This document shows positions 1 to 10,600 of a stretch of 53,736 bases of DNA, one piece after another. The notes below the pieces were generated by a model that saw only the letters and a program-made list of their open reading frames with translations, made no database searches and was not told where the DNA came from. This stretch comes from a virus (lineage: Duplodnaviria; Caudoviricetes): the IMG/VR virus record IMGVR_UViG_3300045005_000056, positions 1 through 53,736 of that record; one strand, given 5' to 3'. The first letter of the stretch is position 1; each line of letters opens with the position of its first letter. The position numbers and the translations under genes are program-made.

Positions 1-247
1 CTTCGCATTCCAATACTGGCGCTCGCGCAGACGAACGACGACGGCGAGATTCGGGAGAGTCGCGCGATTCTTCACGAGGCAACGTCATGGTGGCACCTCG
101 AAATCGCGAAGTCGCACGCCGGCTCACGCGCGGCGACTGTCGAGATAAAAAAACAACGTCACGGCCCGGTGCCGGCCGAAGCGAGATTTTGGTTTCATCC
201 GTCGTTCGTGTGGTTCGACGACGAAGACTCGCTCTTGATCGATTGGC
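1..247. repeat. Terminal direct repeat, left copy (circular or permuted genome; unit length 53,489 bp)
   Basis: 1-247 matches 53490-53736 except C120 vs T53609 (synonymous GCC/GCT in the DnaB frame). Confidence 0.95.
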
Positions 248-288
248 AGCAAAGGTACGAACGAAATGACCTCGATGATCCACAATGA
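1..288 (+). CDS. dnaB: C-terminal part of replicative DnaB-like helicase (continues from 52380 across the join)
   Basis: Frame 1 reads LRIPILALAQTNDDGEIRESRAILHEAT...VEIKKQRHGP to TGA at 286-288, matching DnaB C-terminal motifs. Confidence 0.9.
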   Translation, partial: LRIPILALAQTNDDGEIRESRAILHEATSWWHLEIAKSHAGSRAATVEIKKQRHGPVPAEARFWFHPSFVWFDDEDSLLIDWQQRYERNDLDDPQ

Positions 289-565
289 CAACGATCCGCG
301 GCACCTCGCGTGCCGCATGTGCCTCGAGCTGGTCCTCGGCACGAAGGGAGCATTCGCGGCGCTGCGTCACGATCTCGTGCACGCGACGACGGTGCACGAT
401 CCGGTGAAGTGCTGCGCCTGCAACAAGCCGCGCACCGAGCTCTACCAACTGCGATGCGAAGATCGGCACGTCATCTGCGCCGGCGCGCGAAGCGCTGACG
501 AATGTTCGCGCGTCACGCATGCGCGCGCGTTGCGAGGCGATCGCCGGACGGAGGCGACACCATGA
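266..565 (+). CDS. Hypothetical Cys-rich protein
   Basis: 99-aa ORF with CxxC/CCAC motifs; ATGA overlap with next gene. Confidence 0.55.
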   Translation: MTSMIHNDNDPRHLACRMCLELVLGTKGAFAALRHDLVHATTVHDPVKCCACNKPRTELYQLRCEDRHVICAGARSADECSRVTHARALRGDRRTEATP

Positions 566-882
566 TCGGCATCGGCGACATCGCTGGGCTCGGTCCGAGC
601 TTGAAGGTCGACCTCGACCAGCTGCTCGCCGAAAACGCGACGCTGCGCGAAGAGCTGCGGTGCGCTCGCGAGCTGAACGAGGAGCGCATTCAGCATGTCG
701 AGCACGTCGTCGCGTGCATCTTGAAGTTTCTCGCTCAACCAGCGGTGACGAATCCGTCACAATTCGAGCGCAGCCTCGAACAGCTGGTGTTCGCGATTCA
801 AAACAATCGCCGCGTGCGGCTGAAGCTCGACGCGAAGCCACCGCGTCACTTTGCGCTCGACGTGGAGGTCGCCGATGGCTGA
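562..882 (+). CDS. Hypothetical protein (coiled-coil)
   Basis: GGAGG SD before ATG 562; coupled to neighbours. Confidence 0.65.
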   Translation: MIGIGDIAGLGPSLKVDLDQLLAENATLREELRCARELNEERIQHVEHVVACILKFLAQPAVTNPSQFERSLEQLVFAIQNNRRVRLKLDAKPPRHFALDVEVADG

Positions 883-1234
883 CGCGCAATGCATCGAAGT
901 GCCGATGGCAGTGCCGACGCCCAACGTGCGCGAACAACACTTCGTGCGCGCGAAGCGCGTGAAGCAGCAACGCGAGGTCGTCACGCTGGCGCTGCGCACG
1001 ATGGCGCGCAGGCCGACATTGCCGGTGACCGTGACGCTTCAGCGCATCGCCGAACGACCGCTCGATGACGACAATCTCGCCTTCGCCTGCAAGGCCATCC
1101 GCGACGCGATCGCGGAATGGCTCGGCTGCAAAGACGGGCCGCGCGATCCGGTGCGGTGGAGCTACGGGCAGCTGCGCTGCAAGCACGGATTTCAAGCCAT
1201 TCGCATCACCATCAGACCAGGATTGGCGGCATGA
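875..1234 (+). CDS. rusA: RusA-like Holliday junction resolvase
   Basis: LDDDNLAFACKAIRDAIA..LG..D motif; GGAGGT SD. Confidence 0.75.
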   Translation: MADAQCIEVPMAVPTPNVREQHFVRAKRVKQQREVVTLALRTMARRPTLPVTVTLQRIAERPLDDDNLAFACKAIRDAIAEWLGCKDGPRDPVRWSYGQLRCKHGFQAIRITIRPGLAA

Positions 1235-1884
1235 ACTGGCGCACGGCGAACCTTTTGGCAATCGACACCGAGACGACCGGCCCCGATCCGTTCACTGCCG
1301 ACGTCGTCGAGCTTGGTGCTTGCTCTCGTGACGTCGCCGGCCGCTTCGTGCGACTTGGTCAACTTGTCAGACCGCCGTGTGCGATTCCACCGGAAGCGAC
1401 AGCCATTCACGGAATCCGTGATGCCGATGTCGCCGACAAGCCGATGCTTCATGATGTTGCCGTGCGCTTCCTCGAACATGTCAATCGCGCCGACGTGCTC
1501 ATTGGCTACAACTGGCCCTATGACCACCGCGTCTTTCAGCGCGCGCTAGGCGACTCGTGGGACCGCGCAATCGCCGGCAAGCCTGTCATTGACTCGGTCG
1601 TCATCGTTCGGCTCGATGACGTCGGGCGCTACTGGAAGGGGACGGGAAGACACAAGCTCGACGCGGTAGCAACGCGACTCGGCATCAGCGTGCGAGGCAG
1701 CGCACATCGCGCGTCGCGTGATGCGGAGTTGGCGATACGAATCGCGCTCTACTTCGCGCGCAACATCCCGGAAGACGCGACGACGGCTCACGAGTATCTG
1801 ATTGAGCAGCGAAAGCGGCAGGACGCGAATCATGCTGCCTACCGTGCGGCACAAGCTTCGGCAGGCAATGCGCCTGCCCGATGA
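1231..1884 (+). CDS. DnaQ-like DEDDh 3'-5' exonuclease
   Basis: AIDTETTG (ExoI), GYNWPYD (ExoII), AHRASRDAE (ExoIII). Confidence 0.9.
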   Translation: MNWRTANLLAIDTETTGPDPFTADVVELGACSRDVAGRFVRLGQLVRPPCAIPPEATAIHGIRDADVADKPMLHDVAVRFLEHVNRADVLIGYNWPYDHRVFQRALGDSWDRAIAGKPVIDSVVIVRLDDVGRYWKGTGRHKLDAVATRLGISVRGSAHRASRDAELAIRIALYFARNIPEDATTAHEYLIEQRKRQDANHAAYRAAQASAGNAPAR

Positions 1885-1905
1885 ATCGACAAGAGGTGAA
1901 CCGAC

Positions 1906-2259
1906 ATGATCATTCGAACGCTGAAGTGTCAACTGACGAAGGCCGAGCGCGAAACGAAGAAGGAGGAGCTTGCGCGGCTACTCGACGAACGCGACGCGCT
2001 GCAATCGAGCTTCGATCTTTTGAAGTCGAAGCACAAGGCATCGGTCGCGGAGTTCGACTCTGCGATCAAGACGATGCGCGACAGTGTGCGAACGAACTCG
2101 GAAGATCGCCCGATCGAATGCGAAGAGCGGCACGACGAGCGCCGCGGGCAAATCGACATCGTACGCACAGACACGCTCGAAACCATCGAATCGCGACCGA
2201 TGACCGTAGAGGAGCGGCAAGGAACGCTCTTTGATGACCCCAAGGGCGAGAGGAACTAA
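1906..2259 (+). CDS. Hypothetical phage protein
   Basis: AAGAGGTGAA SD; 117 aa; ends in ERQGTLF. Confidence 0.75.
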   Translation: MIIRTLKCQLTKAERETKKEELARLLDERDALQSSFDLLKSKHKASVAEFDSAIKTMRDSVRTNSEDRPIECEERHDERRGQIDIVRTDTLETIESRPMTVEERQGTLFDDPKGERN

Positions 2260-2762
2260 TGAGCACCACGGACCCGAACGCCGTCATGGTGCCGCTCAGC
2301 GCGCTTAAGCCATGGCTGAAGAATCCGCGCAAGAACGCGGCGGCCGTCGAGCCAGTGGCCCGCTCGATTGAGCGCTTCGGATTCGGCGCGCCCATACTAG
2401 TGCGTCGCGAGAATCATGAGATCATCGCCGGCCACACGCGAGCTCTTGCCGCAAAGAAGCTCGGGTTGAAGGAAGTCCCGGTGCGCTATCTCGACCTCTC
2501 CGAGGAAGACGCGCACCGGCTCGCGCGCGCAGACAACAAGCTCGGCGAGGTTGCCGAATGGGATGTCGAGTTGCTTCTCGCGCAACTTCAGAAGGAAGAC
2601 GCTACCGACCTGCTCGCGCAAGGATGGGACGAGGCGACGCTGCAAGACCTGCTAAATCAGCAAGTCGACTTTCAGCCCGTCGAAGAAACCAACACGAGAC
2701 TCGATGTGCTTACGACAGTGCGGTGTCCGCATTGCGATAAGGAGTTCGAGTTGAAGCGATGA
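2259..2762 (+). CDS. ParB/Srx N-terminal domain protein with C-terminal CPHC zinc ribbon
   Basis: KNPRKN..AVEPVARSIERFGF.APILV...IIAGHTRALAA...LADNK. Confidence 0.88.
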   Translation: MSTTDPNAVMVPLSALKPWLKNPRKNAAAVEPVARSIERFGFGAPILVRRENHEIIAGHTRALAAKKLGLKEVPVRYLDLSEEDAHRLARADNKLGEVAEWDVELLLAQLQKEDATDLLAQGWDEATLQDLLNQQVDFQPVEETNTRLDVLTTVRCPHCDKEFELKR

Positions 2763-2984
2763 CGCTTTACGAAATCCGGAATGCGACGCGTCGTGCCGGG
2801 CAAGCATCGCCACGCGCTCGCGCTCGACAGCGAGATGGCCGCCGCCATCGAAGCGAAGCGACTGCCCTACCCGAAACGTTCTGCGCCGGAAAGTAGCTCC
2901 TGCGATGGCGCCCCCATCGCGGAGGGTGGTGCGACTCCAACCCCGGCGCTCCAATCGACAGCAACGAAAGAGGTGAATCGATGA
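2759..2984 (+). pseudogene. Probable internally deleted Mom-like DNA modification gene remnant
   Basis: Coupled start MTLYEIRNAT, then in another frame GKHRHALALDSEMAAAIEAKRLPYPKR, resembling C-termini of phage Mom-family proteins; core missing. Confidence 0.5.
2883..2953 (+). ncRNA. tRNA-like element lacking a D arm
   Basis: Acceptor-like stem GCGCCGG/CCGGCGC + T + CCA; T-arm-like GGTGG-TGCGACT-CCA(A)CC; one long central hairpin. Confidence 0.55.
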
Positions 2985-3238
2985 TGACGTGGCTTGAGTT
3001 CGACCGTTGGATCGTCGGCGCCGGTGAAGCGCTCGGCTGCCCGGGCATCGCCGACTACTTCAGCGCGGTGTTCCTGCGCGGCGGGCCGGAAGCCGTGCTC
3101 TACGCTCACGCGCGCAACGCGACGTGGTTCCGGCGATGGGGAACGCCTGCTGCGCGGCAGCTGCGGTTGTTTGCGCGGATGATCGCGCGCGAGGCCCATC
3201 GTGAGCAGTTGGCGACTTGGGATTCCGTTCTGCCGTGA
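2981..3238 (+). CDS. Hypothetical protein
   Basis: AAGAGGTGAA SD; 85 aa. Confidence 0.6.
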   Translation: MMTWLEFDRWIVGAGEALGCPGIADYFSAVFLRGGPEAVLYAHARNATWFRRWGTPAARQLRLFARMIAREAHREQLATWDSVLP

Positions 3239-3263
3239 ACGACTGACGAACAAGAGGTGAACG

Positions 3264-3536
3264 ATGCTAGCGAAAAACCGAAGACTGCTCGCCCAACTAT
3301 CCTACGTCGCGCTGTTCGATGCGGACGCGATTGAGGACGCCTATGCGTGGCCACCGAAGACACTGACCGCTGACGAGCTGGACGAGATCGAGCACCTGCG
3401 GCGCATCAGCGACACATGGCACGAACGCGCGAAAGCGGCTGGGTTCAACGGCGGTACCGACGCGGCGTTCGACCCAGCATTCGCGTTTCGCGAATCAGCA
3501 GCAGCGCAGTTCGCGCGATCGGCGGTGCCGCGATGA
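3264..3536 (+). CDS. Hypothetical protein
   Basis: AAGAGGTGAA SD; 90 aa; coupled to next gene. Confidence 0.65.
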   Translation: MLAKNRRLLAQLSYVALFDADAIEDAYAWPPKTLTADELDEIEHLRRISDTWHERAKAAGFNGGTDAAFDPAFAFRESAAAQFARSAVPR

Positions 3537-4381
3537 ACATCGCGTCGTATCAAGCGCGGCTGTCGCGCTTTCGCGACACAACCGGCGCGCTGTCCTTTCG
3601 CGGACAGCCCGCAGAAAGTCACCCAGACGCGTGCGGCTGCAACGACGGCGACGCGACGCCACATGTTCATTACGCCGAAGCGCCGTACAAGTGCGCGCGT
3701 TGCTGCTGCGCCAGTTACCATCCGCGCGGGCCATTCGCTGACGCGTTCCGTAAAGCAGACCTGACCGACTGGAACGAAAGGCTAGGTATCGTGAAGGAAC
3801 ATCCGATCATCTTCAGCGCGCCGATGGTGCGCGCCATCCTCGAAGGTCGCAAGACGCAGACGCGGCGTGCGGTCGGGCGCGGCAACAGCGCGACTGGCGT
3901 GCCACGGAAGGCGCTCGATTGGAACAAGTTGGCCATCAACGGGGCGCGGCCCGACAAGCTTTCGGTCGGCAACATCAGCGGCACGTTCAACGCGATCGAT
4001 GCGCGCTGGAAGGTCGGCGATCGACTTTGGGTGCGCGAAACGTGGACCATCGTCGACAGCTCGGGGACCATCGCTTACCGGTCGACCGATGAGGCGCGGC
4101 TTCCGCCGTGTCGGTGGCGGTCGCCGCTGCACATGCTGCGCAGCGCGTCGCGGCTGACGCTGCAAGTCGTCGCCGTGCGCCCGGAACGGCTGCAAAGCAT
4201 CAGCGAATCCGATGCGCGCGCCGAAGGTGCCACGCCGACGCCCGAACACATCAGCGGGCATCCGCTGACGCCGCACCGGCAAGCGTTCTACTGCCTTTGG
4301 CAACAGCTGAATGAGAAACGCGCGTCGTGGATGGCGAACCCGGTTGTCTGGGTCATCACGTTCCAAAAGGTCGATCCGTGA
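3533..4381 (+). CDS. ASCH/PUA-like phage protein with Cys-rich N-terminal extension
   Basis: PIIFSAPMVRAILEGRKTQTRR, GDRLWVRETW, ERLQSISESDARAEG, NPVVWVITF. Confidence 0.8.
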   Translation: MNIASYQARLSRFRDTTGALSFRGQPAESHPDACGCNDGDATPHVHYAEAPYKCARCCCASYHPRGPFADAFRKADLTDWNERLGIVKEHPIIFSAPMVRAILEGRKTQTRRAVGRGNSATGVPRKALDWNKLAINGARPDKLSVGNISGTFNAIDARWKVGDRLWVRETWTIVDSSGTIAYRSTDEARLPPCRWRSPLHMLRSASRLTLQVVAVRPERLQSISESDARAEGATPTPEHISGHPLTPHRQAFYCLWQQLNEKRASWMANPVVWVITFQKVDP

Positions 4382-4395
4382 AGTAGGATTGCGAG

Positions 4396-4926
4396 ATGAG
4401 CGACGAGAAACCCGAAGAGCCGTCACGCCCGCGCCGCAGGCTGAAGCGCAAGGGTCCGGGCGGATTCCGCAAGGACGGCAAGCCGAAGCGGGCCCTGGGT
4501 CGGTTGCCGCGCTACCTCGAGGTCGACGTCAGGCGGCGCATCGTCGCTGCCGTGCAAGCGGGCTGCACGTACGACGTCGCTTGTGGGGCAGCGGGCATCG
4601 AGCGCACGACGTTCTTCAAATGGAAGCAACGAATCGAAGACGGCACGGCTGACGAGCATCTCGTCAACCTCTTCGACGAACTCGACCGCGCGCGCGATTC
4701 TGGCGAAGCCATGCTCGCCGCGCTCCTGCGCAAACACAGCGAAACCGAGTGGAAGGCCGCCGCGCATATCCTCTCGGTTCGCCACCCCGAGAAGTGGGCC
4801 AAGCGCGAGCGCTTCGAGGTCAGCGGCGCGGCCGGCGCGCCCATCGGTGTGCAAATCTTCCTGCCTGCGCTCGACGGCGAAGAACCTTCGGATCCAGGAT
4901 CAACCCCGCCTCCCTCAGAAGGCTAA
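4396..4926 (+). CDS. terS: Putative terminase small subunit (HTH)
   Basis: ACGAAGIERTTFFKWK HTH; WKAAAHILSVRHPEKW...EVSG..GAPI tail; upstream of TerL. Confidence 0.7.
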   Translation: MSDEKPEEPSRPRRRLKRKGPGGFRKDGKPKRALGRLPRYLEVDVRRRIVAAVQAGCTYDVACGAAGIERTTFFKWKQRIEDGTADEHLVNLFDELDRARDSGEAMLAALLRKHSETEWKAAAHILSVRHPEKWAKRERFEVSGAAGAPIGVQIFLPALDGEEPSDPGSTPPPSEG

Positions 4927-5092
4927 AGACCTGTGTTCTCCCTGCCTCACTGCCGTTCGTCTGGTCTACAGCGAAGCGCTTCCGACCACCGGTCGAACGA
5001 TTATGGCAAGGTTCGACGATCGGCGTCAACCACCCCCACCCAAGTGGCCGGAAGCAGCGCCGAGAATTGAGCGCAGGTGTAGGATAACGAGC

Positions 5093-5464
5093 ATGGGCCG
5101 GCTGATGCGCGAATTGATGGCCGTCATTCCGCTCGAAGGCGGGCGCGTGAATCTTCGCGCGCCGCGCAAGGTCAAGCACCCGCTCGGGCGGCCCGACGGC
5201 AGCAAGACGATCGCGCTGCGCTGGGCGAGCGTGTGCTGCCGGTGCGGCGGAGGCATTCGCGCCGGCGTCATCGCCGTGTGGTGGCCGAATGGCAACATGC
5301 AGGCGGGCATCGCCCCGCGCTCGGTCGCGCACCAGCACTGCGCCGCCGAACTGACGTGCTCGCGACCAGCGACAGAGCCGATGTCGATGCGCGAACCAGC
5401 GCGCGGGAACTTCGAGCCGTGCCCCGATTGTGGCTACACATCCACGGCGTGTCGATGCGGGTAA
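5093..5464 (+). CDS. Hypothetical Cys-rich protein (alternative start 5003)
   Basis: CCRCG and CPDCG motifs; TAGGAT-N7-ATG at 5093. Confidence 0.5.
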   Translation: MGRLMRELMAVIPLEGGRVNLRAPRKVKHPLGRPDGSKTIALRWASVCCRCGGGIRAGVIAVWWPNGNMQAGIAPRSVAHQHCAAELTCSRPATEPMSMREPARGNFEPCPDCGYTSTACRCG

Positions 5465-5479
5465 CGAAACGAGGTGAAC

Positions 5480-5830
5480 ATGGGCGACGAGAAGATTTGC
5501 AAGACTTCGCTTCGACGACCAGCAACGCTTGACGAGTGGTGCGCCGCTGTCGCCGAAGCATGGGGCCGGCTCTGCAACGGGCACGGCTGCAACGTCGAGC
5601 TCGGCGAGCGGTGGCATCAGGCGATCGTGCGCGTCGCTAGCGTGCTGCTCGCCGAGCACGCACTAGGACGTCCGCGCGGGCCGGTAAGCGACGAATGGGC
5701 GCGCGCCGTCGAAGCCGTCGAGGCTCGATCACCATGTTCGCGCGACGGACTCGTCGCCGGGCCCGGTGGCCTCCGAATCTCGCTCGCCACGATTCGCGAG
5801 CAATCACGACGCGTACACTTGCCTGCATGA
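5480..5830 (+). CDS. Hypothetical protein
   Basis: GAGGTGAAC SD-like motif directly upstream; start uncertain (5474 or 5480). Confidence 0.5.
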   Translation: MGDEKICKTSLRRPATLDEWCAAVAEAWGRLCNGHGCNVELGERWHQAIVRVASVLLAEHALGRPRGPVSDEWARAVEAVEARSPCSRDGLVAGPGGLRISLATIREQSRRVHLPA

Positions 5831-5939
5831 TCACGCGCCGCATCTTTTTCGTTGACCCCGCGAGCAGCGGCATTCGGCGCTCGTATCTTCACTACTGCCC
5901 GACGTGCGCGGTGGCGTTCCGCAAGGCGCGCCGCAAGCC

Positions 5940-7334
5940 ATGACGCTTCCGGCATGGAGGCCGAACGTCGGGCCGCAACTTCGGTTCCTCTCGACGAACG
6001 CGTTCGAGGTGCTGTTCGGCGGCGCGGCCGGAGGCGGGAAGTCGGACGCGTTGATCGCAGGCGCTGCGCGATTCGTCGATCGCAAGCACTACAAGGCGCT
6101 GCTCTTGCGGCGCACCGTGCCAGAGCTCGAAGGCGCCGACGGGCTCGTCGAGCGGTCGATGGAATTCTACGCTCCACTCGGCGGCATCTACAACTCGACG
6201 CGCAAGACATGGCGCTTTCCGAGCGGCGCGCGCATCGACTTCCGCAGCTGCGAGCACGAGCGCGACGTGCGCGCGTTCAGCGGGTGGCAGTTGCAATACC
6301 TAGGCTTCGACGAGCTGACGACGTTCACCGAGGGAATCTACACGTTCCTGCTATCGCGCCTACGCTCGACCAAGGGAATCCCTTGCTTCGTGCGCTCAAC
6401 GTCGAACCCCGGCGGCGAGGGGCATGACTGGGTGTTGCGCCGCTGGCGCTGGTGGCTCTATCGCGAAGGCGTGCGCGTCGACGAGTTCGAAGGACCGTAT
6501 GCGCGACCGGGCGAGACGCTGCTCGTTCGCCGCGACTCGGAGAGCGGGCGCGACGAGCTTGTCCTCGACCCGATCCTCGGCGCCCAGACCAGGACATTCA
6601 TCCCCGCGCGCCTCGCCGACAACCCCGCGCTCGCAGCGACCGACTACGGCGATCGGCTGAAGCAACTCGACCCGCTCACGCGCCGGCAGCTCGAGGAAGG
6701 CGACTGGATGGCGCGCGCCGAGCCGGGCATGTTCTTCCGGCGCGCCGACTTCCGCACGTTGCCTGTTGCGCCAGTGAAGCCAGCCGTCAGCGCGCGCGTT
6801 CGCTATTGGGACCGAGCGGCGACCGAGGCGCGTCCAGGCGCTGACCCCGATTGGACGGTGGGCGTGCTGATGTCGCGCACTGTCGACGGGCTCTTCGTCA
6901 TCGAGCACGTCATCCGCGCGCGCGAAGAGCCAGCCGGCGTCTATCGGCTTATCAAGTCGACTGCGGCTGCCGACCACGCCGCAGACGCCGATACGTGGCA
7001 GGTGCTCGAACAAGAGCCGGGCTCAAGCGGCAAGGCTGACGCGCAAGCGATTGCGCGCGAGCTCGCCGGCTGCAACGTGCGGATCGTCGCGCCCAGCGGC
7101 GACAAGGTGACGCGCGCAAAACCGCTGAGCGCGCAAGCCGCGGTCGGCAACTGTGCGATCGTTGGCGCGGTGTGGAACCTGTCTTTCCTAGATGAGCTGG
7201 AAAGCTTTCCGAAGGGCCACGACGACCAGGTCGACGCGGCGAGCGGAGCTTTCAATCAGCTGGCGCCGATGAACGGCATGAAGCCGCGTACGGGAGGCGT
7301 TCGTCCGCTAGCGCGCGCACAAGGCGGCTTCTAA
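5940..7334 (+). CDS. terL: Terminase large subunit
   Basis: Walker A GGAAGGGKS, Walker B LGFDELT, STSNPGG, nuclease YWDRAAT and HDDQVDA. Confidence 0.95.
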   Translation: MTLPAWRPNVGPQLRFLSTNAFEVLFGGAAGGGKSDALIAGAARFVDRKHYKALLLRRTVPELEGADGLVERSMEFYAPLGGIYNSTRKTWRFPSGARIDFRSCEHERDVRAFSGWQLQYLGFDELTTFTEGIYTFLLSRLRSTKGIPCFVRSTSNPGGEGHDWVLRRWRWWLYREGVRVDEFEGPYARPGETLLVRRDSESGRDELVLDPILGAQTRTFIPARLADNPALAATDYGDRLKQLDPLTRRQLEEGDWMARAEPGMFFRRADFRTLPVAPVKPAVSARVRYWDRAATEARPGADPDWTVGVLMSRTVDGLFVIEHVIRAREEPAGVYRLIKSTAAADHAADADTWQVLEQEPGSSGKADAQAIARELAGCNVRIVAPSGDKVTRAKPLSAQAAVGNCAIVGAVWNLSFLDELESFPKGHDDQVDAASGAFNQLAPMNGMKPRTGGVRPLARAQGGF

Positions 7335-7350
7335 TGGTAGGCTCCCGCTC

Positions 7351-7644
7351 ATGGCGTTTCACACCGTGATCATGGATGCCCCGGACTCCGTCGCCATAGG
7401 CGCAGGGATCGGCGCTCGCAACCTGCGAGACAAGGCCATCATCATCAGCGGCACGTTCACCGCGACCGTCGTCGTCGAGGCGAGCTTCGACGGCACAACC
7501 TTCGTACGCGTCGGCCAAACGACAGACTTGGCGGCGATCATTCAGGTGCCATTCGCATGCCGCTCGCTGCGGATCAACACGACCGCCTACACCGCCGGCG
7601 CGATCAATGCGAACTTGGTCGCCGACAATCCCCGGACCAGCTGA
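7351..7644 (+). CDS. Small beta-rich protein, probably virion-associated
   Basis: 97 aa between TerL and portal; GTFTATVVVEASFDG motif. Confidence 0.7.
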   Translation: MAFHTVIMDAPDSVAIGAGIGARNLRDKAIIISGTFTATVVVEASFDGTTFVRVGQTTDLAAIIQVPFACRSLRINTTAYTAGAINANLVADNPRTS

Positions 7645-10600
7645 TGGCCTCGAGCGTCATCGACCTAACCGGGCTCGACTCGGCCGCGCTGCGCAAGACG
7701 TTCTTCTCGCAGAAGCTCCCGCGCGCCGAGCAGTACCGCACGTACTTCGGTCGCATGCTCGACCAGGGTCGCATCGAGAACGCGTTGCGGCAAGCCGACC
7801 TCGGTCTGATGGTCGACCTGTGCGACCTCGAAAGCGAAGCGCTGTCACTCGACCCGCATCTCTCGGGCGTGCTGGGCAAACGCATCGGCAGCATCAAGAC
7901 GCTCGACTGGTCGATCGTGCCAGCGAGCGGGCCGGGCATCGACAAGCGACTCGCGGCTGAGATCGCGAACGAGCAGACCAACGCCTATAAGGCGATTCCG
8001 AATTTCATGGAGCGGCTCTACGACCTGGAGTGGGCCATCTACGACGGGCGCGCCGCGCAAGAGATTCACTGGGCGGTCTTCGCCGGTCGCGTCCGGTGGC
8101 GCCCCGTCGCGCTGTCGTGGCTTCATCCGCGCCGGCTGTCCTTCGGCAGCGAGCGCGAGCTGCGCGTCATCGACACCTTCAAGCGAATCGGCAACTTTCA
8201 AGACCTGGGATTCCCGATCCGCGACTACCCCGGAAAGTTCCTATGGTGGCAGCCGCGCATGTGGCGCGAGTATCCCGAGCGCGAAGGCATCGCGCCGCGC
8301 ACGCTCTACTGGACGTTCTTCAAACGCTTCGACTGGCGCATGCGGATGGCGCTGACGGAAATCTTTGGCTTGCCGTGGCGCATCGTCGAAACCGACAAAG
8401 ACGCGCCGATTAACAGCGAGCAACTCGACGCCGCGGAGATCGCGGCCGAGAAGCTCGGACAGGAATCGACGGCGGCGTTCGGCCCCGGGCAGAGCGTGAA
8501 GATCGTCACGGGCGGAGAGCACGGCGGCGACCTGATGAAGATGACGTCGGACGACGTCGACCTGCAGATGTCGAAGCTCGTGCTCGGCCAGACCGGCACG
8601 ACCGACGCGACCGGCAATCGCGCCGAGTCGATCGTGATGAAGAGCGAGCAAGACATCCTCTTGCAAAGCGACGCCGCTGGCATCAGCTGTCGAATACATC
8701 ACCAGCTCGACATACCGTTCGTCGCGCTGAACTGGGGCGAAAGCGCGCTCGACCACGCTGGGACATTCACGCTGAATGCGCAGCCGCAGCGCGACCGCAA
8801 GACCGAGTTGGAGCGCGTCGAGAAGGTGTTGAGCTTCGGCGTGCCCGTGCCGCTCGTCGAGGTGCGCGAGATAGCCGGCTTCCGCGCGCCCGAGCCGGAC
8901 GAACCCTATCTCGTCAGCAAGCCCGGCGGAACGGATGCGCTCGGCAACCCATTGCCGCAGAGCGTGTCGATCGTCGATCCGGAGGCTGGCGAGCTCGAAG
9001 CGGAAGGACTCGACGGTCAAGCCGACCGCGCCGCCGAAGAGTTAGCCGCGCTCGCACGCATGCCGCTCGTGCTCGAACACTACGGCCGAGCGCGCGCAGC
9101 ACACGACAAGATCATCGAGGCGTCCGGCATCACGCTGCCGTTCGGCAAGTGGGAGGACTTCGACTCATGCGTCGCCGATCATGTGAGCCGCGGTCATAGC
9201 GAAGACTCCGCGCGCCGAATTTGCGGCGCTATCCAAGAGAAGGTCGAAGGCATCGTGCGCCGCGCCGAAGAGCTGTCGCGCACCGAGCGCGCATTGCCAA
9301 TGACGCTCGCGGCAGCGCCGCCAATGCGCGCGCCCGGCAGCATCCACGGTGCGCCATCAGCGATCTTGGAGCGCGAGCTCGGCGCAGCCGAAGAAGCGAT
9401 ACGCAAGCTCGCCGACCGATTCGTCGACGCCGTGCCTACCGGCGAATCGAGCGCACCACGCATCCGCCGCGCAATCGATCGCGCGTTCGACAAGCTGCCG
9501 CTCGACGAGCTGGTCGACTCGCTCGAACGAACGGTCATGCGATCAGCGATGCTCGGCGCGCTCGATAGCGAATGGGAGGCGCGCGCAGACGACGAAGACG
9601 AGAAGGACAAGGCGATCGCGCCCGCGACATACTCGCGCGTCGAGCGCCGCTTCACACTCGCCGTTGATCCGCTGATCGACAGCTTCGTCACGAAGCCGTT
9701 CTCGGCTGCGGTCGACACTTTCATCGAGAAGAAGATCGTGACCCCGGACGTGTTCGAGCGCCTGTCGGCAGCGGCACGTCGGCGAGCGTTTACCGTCGCC
9801 GGCATGACGTCGCAGTCGATGCTCGAACAGGTCCACTTCGAGCTGGCGAAGTCGATCGGCACCGGCGGCGACCTACGCGACTTCCGCGCGACGCTGAGCG
9901 AGCGCTTGCGCGACAGCGGGTGGCTGCGGCCCGGCCCGCGTGAGGAAGCGCCGACACGCACCGGCTCGCCGTGGCATGTCGAGACGATCTTCCGAAACGC
10001 GACAGCCGGCTCCTACGCAAGCGGTCGTGATGCGCACATGCGACAGCCGGCAGTGATCGCGAAGCGGCCTTACTGGCAAGTGCTCACCGTGTCGGACGAT
10101 CGCCGACGACCCACGCACGGGCGAGCGCACGGCAAGGTGTTGCGGCACGACGATCCGTTCTGGACGCGGGCGCCGCTTCCGTGGGGTCACAACTGCTTCC
10201 TGCCAACCGAACGAATCGAAGGCAGGATCATCGGCGCGTCACGCGCGCTCTACTCGGGGAAGGCCATCGAGATAACGACGCGCAAAGGTCGTCGACTTTC
10301 CGTCACGGCCAAGCACCCCGTATTGACCGCGCAAGGGTTCGCCATTGCGCAATCGCTCCGCGAAGGCATGCAGCTCGTCTGCGATGCCTTCGAGTCCAGG
10401 GGTTCGTCGCTGCGGCTTGGTGCGCAGCACAACGAATACCAACAGCCAACCGTCGCGCAAGATGTATTCGGTGCGTTCGTGAAGTCGGAGCCAATTGCGT
10501 CGACCCAACCCGGTAGCGACGACTTCCACGGCGAGGCGGAGTGCTTTCACGGACACGTCGAGATTGTAGGGTCCTACCGGCAGCTGTTGTTGAACGACGT

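Noticed and set aside
1-247. Biological fixed terminal repeat or attachment site
   Set aside because: It falls mid-dnaB, so assembly circularity or permutation is more likely; this cannot be resolved without reads.
2883-2953. Canonical tRNA gene
   Set aside because: No D arm, no 7-nt anticodon loop and no TTCG T loop; kept only as tRNA-like.
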